A DNA stretch of 63,797 nucleotides, counting the filler, from Reclinomonas americana ATCC 50394 (lineage: Eukaryota), in assembly GCA_048213135.1 (NCBI GenBank). It is 16 parts of 16 records of this genome, joined end to end, with 100 filler letters (N's around TTAATTAATTAA, not from the genome) between each part and the next. Parts side by side here need not be neighbours in the genome. Positions count along the whole stretch, not along the records: positions 45,313 to 52,066 come from AFZH01022417.1; positions 52,167 to 57,338 come from AFZH01022418.1; positions 57,439 to 61,800 come from AFZH01022419.1; 13 more parts are not named here. The stretch is one strand, 5' to 3'. The position numbers and the translations under genes were made by a program. The notes below the pieces were generated by a model. The model saw nothing but the letters and a program-made list of their open reading frames with translations, was not told the DNA's origin and searched no databases. Shown one piece after another: positions 50,229 through 60,929 of the stretch; the first letter of the stretch is position 1; every line of letters starts with the position of its first letter.

Positions 50229-51812
50229 TTAGTTCTCCATCATGGCGTGCGTCAGGGCGAGGCGCACGAAGGGGTCTTGGAGGAGCGGGTGCGTCCATTC
50301 GCCGTTGTCGTTGAGGGTGGCGGAGAGGCCGCAGGAGCGGGCGCAGTTGGTGGCTGGTAGCGGGAGAAGGGGGGGAAGGGGGAGAAGGGGGTAAGAGGGG
50401 GATAAAAGGGGAAGGGGGCGAGGGGGAAGAGTGAGGGAGGACATTACGAGAAAAAGCAGTTTGAGAGCATAAGAGTGGGAGAGGTAGGAAAGACAAGACA
50501 CACAGCCAGCCATATAGGCAGCACGCAGCCAGAGAGAGAAGAAAGCAAGAGAGAAAGGAAATAAGAGAGACTGAAAAAGAAATGCAAGCAGGCAAAAGAG
50601 CGGAGTGAGGCGGGCGCGAAGGCAGACAACCAGGGAAGAGAAGGAAAAAATGTAAGAAAGCGAGAACGGGGAGAGAGGGAGGGGGAAGGGCAGCAGTGGG
50701 GGAAAGAGAGAGGCAGCGAGAGAAATACGAGAAGCAGTGGTGCTGAACAGAGACTGATATCGGGGTCGAGAAGGACGGGCAGTCAGCTACGGACAGCTAC
50801 GGACAGACAACGAGGGAGAAGATTGAGGGAGGCAACGAGCAAGCGCGTGGAAGGAGAGGGGGAGAAAGGAAGAAAGCAACAAGCAAGTGAGCGGGGCGAG
50901 AGAGAAATATACTAGCATGAAACTGAGGGATTCCAAAGATAAGAAGGAGAGAATTGTGCGCCTGTGGCACAAGTGGGGTGAGGAAAAGGAAGCACAAGCA
51001 CACAATGGAGGAAAGACAAGACACACAGCCAGCCAGACAGGTAGCAAGCAGCCAGCAGGAGAAGAAAGCAAGAGAGAGGGAGAAAGGAAAAGCAAGCTGG
51101 CAAACAAGTAGAGCGAGGCGGTCATGAGGCAGTGAGCGCAAGCAACGGTGGACGAGAAGGCAACCAACCAGACAGGTAGAGGACGGAGGGAAGCAAGGAG
51201 AGGAAGCGAGGAAGGAGAGGAAAGCAAGCAGGTGATACTGCACGATGTAGCTGTGCAGGAAGAGAAAGGGAGGCAGAGTGACAGCTTGCCAGACAGACAA
51301 ACAGCGTGTGTGGTAGTGGTGTACTCACGAGGCAAGTTGAAGATCGAGGGGTCCTGCATGAACAATGTGAGCATCGCAGTCATCGCACGAGGAAGTGCGA
51401 GCACAGCGCACCTGGGTCTTCACGGTGAAGTCGCCAAAGTTCCAGAAGGTGCCGGTGTCGCCGTCCTTGAACTGCGCAGTCGTTTCGTCAGTGTGAGGGG
51501 AGGGAAAGGTGGTGGAGAAGGACAAGTCAAGAAACGGAGAAGTTGTGCTGGCATGGCCTCTCGGGGGAAAACATGGAGCGCTGAGACGGTGTGATCGAAA
51601 GAGAGAAAGCTGAAATCAAAGGTTTTACGACCCCGAGAAAAAAACGGGAAGCATGCAGCGTGGCGACGACGCAGCCGAAAGAGAGGGAGCGAGAAAGAAA
51701 ACTCGCTGTCTCGTCTTCCTTCTCTCGCACTCACCTTCACATCGAAACCGGTGGTGGCATCAGTCCAGTAGCCGAAATCGTCGGGGCCCGTCCAGCGGTT
51801 GCACTTGTGCAC
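50229..51812 (-). CDS. Ependymin-related (EPDR-like) protein, last 4 exons; 5' part lies in the gap
   Basis: VHKCNRWTGPDDFGYWTD..|FKDGDTGTFWNFGDFTVKTQ|DPSIFNLP|PTNC resembles the ependymin-family C-terminus (CxxW..F.NF..DPSxFxxPxxC). Splice phases are consistent. Confidence 0.5.
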
Positions 51813-51982
51813 CTACACCGCGCCAATAATAAGCACGCTATATTCAACAACAGTGACACACACACACACCCACACTCTCTCTCCACACACCCAACTGCTC
51901 CCTCAACGGTTTCCCTTCTCCCTCCTCGACTCCACTATCCGAGCAGCTCGTACCTTTTCCTTTTTCACTCCGTCACTCTCCC

Positions 51983-52066
<84 letters not shown>

Positions 52067-52186
52067 NNNNNNNNNNNNNNNNNNNNNNNNNNNNNNNNNN
52101 NNNNNNNNNNTTAATTAATTAANNNNNNNNNNNNNNNNNNNNNNNNNNNNNNNNNNNNNNNNNNNNGTTGCATTGTGATGGATAAG

Positions 52187-55100
52187 TTACGAGAAGCTGC
52201 AGCTCAAGATTCGGGGCAAACATGACGCACGTGCTCTCGGCACACGCAGTAGCTGTACCAGCTCCGCCACCACTGTGTAACACGAGTCACGATGTGTCAG
52301 CAAATATTGGACGGAGAGAAAAAGGCAGCATGAGTGCGGCACCTTCTGAGATGTGTGCTCCGGAGCGCCAGTTCTCTCGCGACAGCGACTCCATGTGCAC
52401 AATGCCACTGTCGTCAATGTTCGGATGCAGCAGCCTCGTGACACACGTTATCGTCGGTGGGTAGAACGGGTAGCCACTCGACAAATCCAGCAAGAAGGTG
52501 AAGTTGCCGCCCTCATACGGCGTGTTTTCCTGCAAAAGCACGACTGTCGTGAGTCGCCTGTAGGAGTAAGCGAATGCTGCACTCTGTGCGCACAGACGCA
52601 CCGGTCCGAGCACAGTGATCCGCCAAAAGTAGATGTTGTCATCCGGGTTGACAAACAGGCCTTCCACGGGTCCGCCGGAAAAGTTGACAGCACCACGGAG
52701 CATAAAGTCCAGCTCCTGCGTTTCACAAACAGCAGCAGTGAGAGAGAAGAAGAAGAAGAAGAAGAAGAAGAAGGAGGAGGAGGAGGAGGAGGAGGAGGAG
52801 AAAGAAGAAACAGAGAAGACGAGAAAGACACATACAGGTAAACATGCAGCCAGAGACTCAACAAGAGAGAAAGGTAGACAGAGAACGAGAGCGAGGGAAA
52901 CAGAGTGAGCACGCAATCTGAGAAGCGGAGAGGATAAGAAAGATCCGAGCTCGCCACACATGTGTGCACATGAGAGGAGGGAAAGCCACACCTTGCGCAG
53001 CCAGGCGCGTCGTGCCCGTGCATACAATGCACGACATCTGTCGACTTCTTCAGTGGATGCCGAATCGCCACTGTCGAGTAGCGGTGAGCACACAAGCTTC
53101 GTACTGCGATGGCGTGCGTGTTCACGAAACTCTTCCTCGGCCTCGCCCACCGCTCGCCACATAATGTCCTCCTCCAGTCGATCGATCGTGTGTCGATGCT
53201 CGTCAATGATGCGCATGAATTCCTGTTCGCACGCAGCATAAGACTGCTGCTATCCCGTGGCCAGCACCGAGTACGGGTGACGCAACTGCCGTTCGCGAAC
53301 CACGTCTACGATACAAGTACAAACACTCGCGACCAGCAAACACCCACAGCCACAGCAGATTTTCTACCGCTTCCCTGCAAGCCGCCACAGTCACTAACTG
53401 AACCGCAGTGGAGGACATCTCGTTGCTCATTGCCGAACCTTCTGTCACAAGCCAATGCCACGTCCTCCAGATTGTTGCAGGCCTTGCGAGTGGCGTCAAC
53501 TTGCTTCAGAAGCAGCTGTCGAGGAAGAACGATAAGATACAGAGTTGCCACTGCAAGGAACACATGCATATGGGCGCGAATGCCAAAACCTCTGCGTTGG
53601 CGTCTCCACGACGGTAGTGCTCCACGGCTTCACGAGAAGCAACCGAGCAGTCGTACAGTGTTGACTCCACTTCGTCACTGTCGCGAGTTTCGAGTGTGAG
53701 TTCAGGAGTCGATGTAAGAGAATCCTCAAGACAACGAAACGTAAAGTCAATGTCGAGCACGGCATCCTCCAGCCGATTAATGCTCTTGCGCATGCTGTCG
53801 ATTCTTCGATACAACTCCTATCAAACAATGCAGTCAGAGGCAGCAGAACTTACACACGCACTCGTTCGCAACAACAGCCTACCGCTTTGCTGAGAGTGTG
53901 TTGTACGTAGTCTTCGTGGTATCGCCGCGACTTTTCGGCACACGCTCTCAGGCCCTCTTCGATTTCATCGGTACTGCAGTGATTCCAGTGAGATGTTGAC
54001 GATAGCAAAGGGAGTGGAAAACAACGGTGGACAAGCACAGAGGAGAGAGAGGGAATGATGAAAGAAACAGTTCTCTGTCTCTCGTAAGGTGCGTGCGCCC
54101 GGTGCTCGCCACGCAACGAGTTGTGATAGATCAGTCTCTCGAGACGCTCCAGGGTAGCGCGATGCAGTTCCACCTGTCCCTGCAGTGCCTGTGAAACACC
54201 AGGGTTAGCACGACTGGCGTGCAACGCGCGCTACAAATACACATTAACACACCCTGTCGTGCAGACTGCCGCACTGAAACACGGTGAGGGTGTCACTGGC
54301 GGCTTTGATGAGCCCGCGGAGAGCACCCTCGATTTCCGCAGTTGGATCCGTCGTCACGGTCGTGGCCACTACAAAAGCGTTCGTCACACCTCCCGACGGA
54401 TGCATGTTGACAGCAGCAGGTCGAGCCGGTGAGTCGTCTCCGTCAAACATGCCCATGCCATTGGCTTGTCGGGTGGCTGCAGGCATCGGCGACGCGTCGT
54501 GCAATCGCATTCCCAACGAGCTCGAGCTGCCACCGTGCATTCCACCGTGGCTGTCTGACACCATTCGCTGTGTTGGCGACGACGCCTCACTGGCCGAGCG
54601 CAGCGCCGACGACGGTGACTCATCGCCACAAGTGTCCACAATGAATGCACTCGGTGTGGTGGCGCGTGAGCTCGCCACGCTGCCTGGCGATCCAGCACGA
54701 GGCGGTCGCCCGTGCGTATACGCAGCAGGGGGCAGTGGCGGCAGACCGACGGCTGTTGCGCGTGGCTGACCGCTCTCGTGAGCATACACGGATCCGGACT
54801 CCGTTGAGAAAAATACCGGGCGCTGCGCACTGCGTGTCGGACTGTGCGACATTTTACCGGTCGCTCCGTTGTCGCCTCCGTACGGCGACGAGGCACGCAG
54901 CCTCTCGTTCTCGCTCAGCGCCTGGGTGATTCAACGGGAGTGGGAAAATGACGACGAGACAGGGAGAGAGTGGATGAGTGGGTGAGTGTGACTGTGTGGG
55001 TGTGAGAGTGAGTGAGAGACGGAATTGCACTTGCCTCGGCGAGCATGGCTGCGAGGCGCTTGTTGTCCTCACGCACATCGTGCAGCTCACTGTCGAGGTC

Positions 55101-55297
55101 GACATAGTCCACGTCCTTCGGTGGGTGCGGTTCGTGCATCGATGACGACAACTGTGTGTGTGGGTGTGAGTGTGAGCACGCAGCGCAGAGCACACACTCG
55201 CTCTCCTGTGTGCGCGTGTGTGGCCAACCTTGGGTGGGTGCGGTGCCGCGTCGTAGGTGCGCTCGGTCGGGCCCCCGGCGCTCATGTGCGAACTCAT
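52187..55297 (-). CDS. Low-complexity/coiled-coil protein with a C-terminal ubiquitin-conjugating-like (UEV) domain lacking the catalytic Cys; 3' end uncertain
   Basis: AWLRK|ELDFML..DDNIYFWRITVLGP|ENTPYEGGNFTFLLDLSSGYPFYPPTI..LLHPNIDDSGIVHMESL. Upstream exons join in frame from MSSHMSAGG at 55297. Confidence 0.7.
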
Positions 55298-55416
55298 GTC
55301 ACTTTCTCTCCACTCTCGTGACAAAAAAAATCGGGCTCAACGGTCAGTATTCTTCTGCCGCGCGTTCCAAGTATGTCAGGGAACTTCAACGGATTCTCAA
55401 GCACAGCGAGTCTGTT

Positions 55417-58155
55417 TCACTCTGCGGTGTTTGCATCCCACGCTTCGTCTTGGCCCTGCTCGGCGTCGAAAGGCTGCGGACTTGGTGCGTGCTGAGCAAA
55501 TGCATTGAGTAACGGTCACGATCCATATACAATCACACACACGAGCTGGACTGCAAGAGTCACATGCACGCAACGACAGCAGCTGCCTCCACCTCCGTGA
55601 TGTGCTCCGTCAGGGCACCACGTAGCCGTATGATCTGGCGATTCAGCGAAGAGCTGTGCGATCCGCCCAGGGAATCAGCACACAAAAAACAGGCAAGAGA
55701 GGGTGAGACGTAAAAGTACGAAACACGAGCATCCTTTCGTCCTCGAGCTCCTCGCGCAGCTCGTCGTTCTCTTGTGACACTTTTCTGTACATGCTCTGCA
55801 GTTCCAGAGCCTCGTGATGCGCCAAGTGGAACGATTCGCGCTTCTCCTTGCTGATGCCCTCCTTCAGTCGACTGTTGCGTGCGCGCAGAGCCTCGCCCTG
55901 CGCCAAGTATGCGGCCTTGAGCGAGTCTAGTTGCTGCTGGAGCAAGTCGTACCGACGACGCCACTCAAGCATGATTTCCTGCGCGCGCCACAGCGGTATC
56001 AGCAGAGGAGGCACACACCAAAAGCGGATTGTATCGCGATGCGCACATGCTTCTCGGAGTGGCACTGCGCTCGCAACGTCTCTGCACGGCGCGATGAGTC
56101 ACACACTGGTGTCATGCAATAGAGGAGGAGAGAAGAAAACACACCGAGGCCCACAGTGCTGTGTTTCAGCATGCTGATCTCCTCGAGTGCCAGTCGCAAC
56201 TGCGTCTCGGTCTCCACAAGCGCCGCCCCGAGAGTACTCCGCTCCTCCTCCGCGTCCCTCTGTAATCGCTCGACTTCCTCCTCCAGATCGCCCACCCGCG
56301 ACTCCAGCTACGCGTGCAGAGGAGCGTGAGCGACAACTCCGAGTGTGCGCGGATGCACAACGACAAACCTCGCCGATTCGCTCTTGCTGCTTCTCGGCCT
56401 GCCGCTGGAGAGCCACATGCTCGTCCGACGACACCTGCAGTCGCTCGACAGTGCCCTCCAGCTCCGCCACTCGCGCGTTGGAGGCCGCCAGCATCGCATC
56501 GTAGATACGCAGACGACTCGCCAAGTCCTCCGCCGACATGTCGTCCGTCACCTGCACCACAGGCCGATTGATGATCTGATCGCTCACGGCCAGCGAGTTC
56601 ACCAGGAGCATTGGATCGGAGGCCGGATGCTCTTCGAGACACGCGAGAAGCGACTGCGGTGGTTGTGATGATATAAGAGAGTGTGAGTGCACGTGACTCT
56701 TGTGCCAAAGTGCGTGTCGCTCACCGTGATCGAATTGCCGCCGTAGGCGTCGCGCAGTAGAGCGACCAGGCGAGACTCTCGAAACAGTGCCGGCTCTGCT
56801 GGCGTGCCGCTGGCCAACGTCTTCACAAGCTTGGCATGCGCCACCATGTCCTTGTGATCGCGCCCCACATACTCCACGTCAAAGATCTGCATGCGCGACT
56901 CGAGGACCACCGGGCGGCCTGGCAAATATGGTTGTGCATGTGCATGAGTAGACAAAACGACGACGATGGCGGCAAGACGCCTTCAGCACCACACCTTCGT
57001 GCCCGGTTCGCTGTGTGAGGTGAATGTTGACAACGAGATGTGTCACATGCTCGACGCCTGCCTCGCGCTGCTGACGGCCTTGCTCCAGTGCTCGCCGGCG
57101 ATGAAGTGCGGCCTGGTTCATTAGTCTGGCAAGCACACTGTGGTGAGCACAGAACTTGTGGTGCTCAAGAGCGGATGATACGTGCGCAACAATCTCATGT
57201 GCTCCTCACTCTCCACCGACACCACTTTCAGGCCCAACACTGTAACACTGTCGCCGTCGAGCTTCAGGCCCACTGCCGACGTGGGCGACTGTGGTGGTGG
57301 TGGAGGTGGGGGAGGAGATCTGTGGCATACGAGTGAGGNNNNNNNNNNNNNNNNNNNNNNNNNNNNNNNNNNNNNNNNNNNNTTAATTAATTAANNNNNN
57401 NNNNNNNNNNNNNNNNNNNNNNNNNNNNNNNNNNNNNNCCCGAACAATGAACCACACCGGGCAGGCATGAATAATACGGGCAATGGTGGGCACGGCAATC
57501 GCAACGGCATGGGGCAGCGAATGAAGAGGGGCGAGGGGGCACACAAACAACACAGATAACAGGCGCAACAATGGTTGAATAATGGAGGCCACAACAGATC
57601 ACAGGCGCGGGTCCGTGCGACCAAACCACAAACCTCACCGCCGACCACCACCAGTGCCGTGTTGCGTCCACGAAAGAGTTGCAGCAGCAGCGGTTTGACC
57701 ACCGAGCGATACACATTGGTCTGTCGCACCCATTCACATCAACAAACCTTCATCGGTCACCATCGCTCCTGCCCCCAACTCACCTGGTACCCCTCATCGC
57801 CCTCCTCAGCCGCAAACACCTCGGCCACGCGAAACTCTTGCACAGCTCCCGTTGCGGTCTCCGTGACAGCGATCGTGTCGGGTCGTCGCACGCGCACCAC
57901 AAACGGCGATGATGAGGAGGAGGAAGAGAACGCAGGCGGAGTCGCCACACATGCCACGTATGGACGAAAGGTGTCGGTGGGCGCAATGTCGTCGGGAGTG
58001 AACGAGGGCGCCGAGCGGAGACTGTCGTGCACGAAGCGGAACTGACTGGAGAGCGTGCTGCTGGCGGAGGACGCGGAATCGTGTCGCGCGTGTCGCGTGT
58101 GTCGCGTCATGTGCAACAGAGGACTGCGTTGTGTGGGACTGTTGCGCACACCGCC

Positions 58156-58187
<32 letters not shown>

Positions 58188-58362
58188 AGGGCGTCAGAGA
58201 GACGCAGAGTGTGAGCATTCGCGATCGATGGTGATTACCGCTTTGGGAGGTGAAGAGTGGAGAGAGTGGTGGAGCAGAGTGATCGCTCAGTGAGCTGCCA
58301 TCATCGTCGTCGTCGTCGTCATCGCTAAAGCGGTCGAGTGTAAAGTCGCGCCGATCGCTCAT
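55417..58362 (-). CDS. Divergent kinesin-like (probable pseudo-motor) protein with a coiled-coil tail; one gap
   Basis: QTNVYRSVVKPLLLQLFRGRNTALVVVG, VTVLGLKVVSVES, SRMQIFDV, LFRESRLVALLRDAYGGNSIT and IINRPVV appear in the order of kinesin motor elements. Confidence 0.7.
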
Positions 58363-58532
58363 CGCTACGCCCAAAGACTGACGGATGGGTTGCTTGACGC
58401 AGGACAGCTCCTTCCACTTCATTCTCTCCGTGTCTCTCTCAAAAAGTACAATGCGTTTCCGCTCTCTTTCTTTTTCTCCCTCTCTTGCTTAACACGCTTA
58501 CTCGCTCGCTCTTTCTCTTTCTCCTGTCTCGA

Positions 58533-60465
58533 TTACACCATCATGCCACCGTCCGAGTCCACGTGCGGTGGTGTCTTCTCGGCGCTGTCTGCAATGCCGT
58601 CCATGTCGGAGATCGCGTGCACGTGCATGCCGGCGCTGGACATGCTGCCGGCGATGGACTTGACGCCCGAGTGCTTCTGCAACGGCGATGCGTGTCAGCG
58701 ATTTGAAAGGGAAAGGAGTGTGTCGCCAGCGAGAAGCACGCACCGAGTACGGTTGCAAGTAGGCTGGTACGTCGTCGGAGCGACGAATGCGCTGCCAGTC
58801 GACCCACCAATCGAGGGCACACTCGGCGAGGAAGTCGTGCGGACTGGCGAGCGCAGCTCGCACTCGTGGATTCTCCTCACGAGTCTCGCGCTGCTCCAGT
58901 GCAGCCGCCGCGGCTTCACGGATCTCCATGATGGGGGTGCCAATGGTCACGGCCTGCACGCCGGCGCCGACGTTGAGCTTGATCGAGTTCTCTGTGAAGG
59001 ACGGGTGAGAAACTGATCGGGAGGTTGATTTTCTAAAAAAGTTGCGCAACTCGACGACAGCATCACGCAGGCTTCCACGGCACACACTCGTGTGCGCCAC
59101 GAATCAATACCGCGCTGCATGCGCAGAAGCTGCTCCAGTCCCGGATGGGTCATCTGTGCAGACAGAGAGAAAGAGAGAGCGTGATGAGTGACCAAATCCG
59201 GCAGATATCGGAAAAACAGGTCAACGTGTACCTCGTGCAGTCCCGACCACGCCTGCAGAGCCACTGACTTGAACTCAGTGAGGTAGATGATCTTGAGGAG
59301 GTTCTGCACGATAACAGTGCGTCCGCGCCAGTCAAAGTTGTGCTCGCCGGCGCGCTCTTGCAAGAATGTAAGTGCCTCGGCGGCCTTGTTTTCGGGAGAA
59401 GATTCGTAAGCAACGACAACAACGACAAAACAAAGAGTAGTGACACACACACACACACAGACCTCGCCCTCCACAGTGGCCGACAGCACGAGCGACGACA
59501 GCAGTTCTACTTGCAGCACCTCCTCGTACCACGTGTCGCCTTGCCGTTCGCGAACCATGGCCCACACCTCCTCCAGCTCTCGCTGCACGGCTCGGCTGTC
59601 AAACCCTGGCCCGACCCGCGGTCCCTCCGTGCTCAGCCAGCGCGCCACCTGCACCAGCTGCTTCTGCGACGCGGCAAACAGCGACGCATCCATGGCCACT
59701 CGTGCGCACTCAATCTCCAGTCGCACGGCCGTGGAGAACACCGTCTCGTCGGCAGGCGGCAACACCGACGCCACCTCGTCCAGCAGATCGCGCAGACCGC
59801 CACTCTCCTCCTATCAAAGAGAGAGAGTGTGTGTGAGAGAGACACAGAGACGTACAGGAGACTGACGGAGATCGCACCTCAGTCGCCTCGGCACACGCAC
59901 AGTGCACGTGCACCAACTTGCGAATCATTCTGGCAATCGCCCGCTGCAATCGCGGATCCAGCTTGCCCGCGCTGTCCACCAGTGCCCGACACAGAGGATA
60001 CAGCAGGTGAATGGGTTGCGTCCATGCGGCCTCCGAGTGTGTTCTGCACGTGGGTATGTAAGAGAGAGAGAGAGAGAGAGAGAGGCAAAGGCGATGAGTG
60101 CACACGCACCGGCACGCCCAATCGAGCTCACTCAGCGCATTGATGACGCCCTGTGTGTTGGGTGCGGCATCGGGTGGAGACGTGCACGAGATGGTGTCGC
60201 TCTCCGGCACACCGAGCGCACATCGTCGCAGGCGCTCACACAGCTCGGCCGCGTGCTGGTGCGGTGATCCGTAGATCGGAGGGTGCGCCTCCAGCCAGCG
60301 ACGCAGAGAGACCGATGGTGTCTGTGCATACATGCAGTGTGAATTGTGAGTGCAAAGAGTGCACGACGCGTGCCGGCGGAGTGTGACATGAACCTTGATC
60401 TTGCTCTCGGTCTTCTTGCGGCTGAATGAGGCGCCACCACCGCACAGACGAACAGTGGCTCGCAT
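58533..60465 (-). CDS. Hypothetical protein, about 7 exons
   Basis: Coding-like segments joined by GT-AG introns (MRATVRLCGG..|TPSVSLRRWLEAHPP..|EESGGLRDLLDEV..|..DGGMMV*); no family recognised. Confidence 0.55.
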
Positions 60466-60929
60466 GATTCAAGATGACGGGAGAGAGAGGGAGGCGGGGT
60501 GTTGGTGTTGTTGCGAGGTGGAAGAGAGATCAGGGTTGTGTTTGCTCGAAAGACGCTTGAAAAACCGACGGTGCGCGAGCACTTGTCCACAATACAGGAT
60601 GCGCTTGCCACGGACGAGAAAGGTACACTGGGCAGCTGGGAAGGGTGGCAGTGCGATCTCCAAGTGGTGGATCATGGACTCTCAGAATCCATTACCTGCA
60701 GCGGCGTATAAAGCTTCGCTTATCGTGGTACAGGTTGAAAAGCATGAGACTTGTTGGCGATCACTGGTAGATGCTCATTGTTGTGTATGGATCAGTGAAG
60801 TTTCTATTATTATTATTATGGCCTCGACTGCCTGGCGCGAACTCCTTCAAGTGGGGATCTCGCCGGGTGCCAACAACAAATTCATTCACCAACAAACAAG
60901 CAACAGCCGCCTTCATGACAAGTTCAACC

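Noticed and set aside
7314..53286. Other GTTGCGT occurrences (7314 +, 42411 -, 53286 -, 38935 +)
   Set aside because: They lie within coding frames or on the non-coding strand and are not needed as donors, so they were excluded from the splice-site count.
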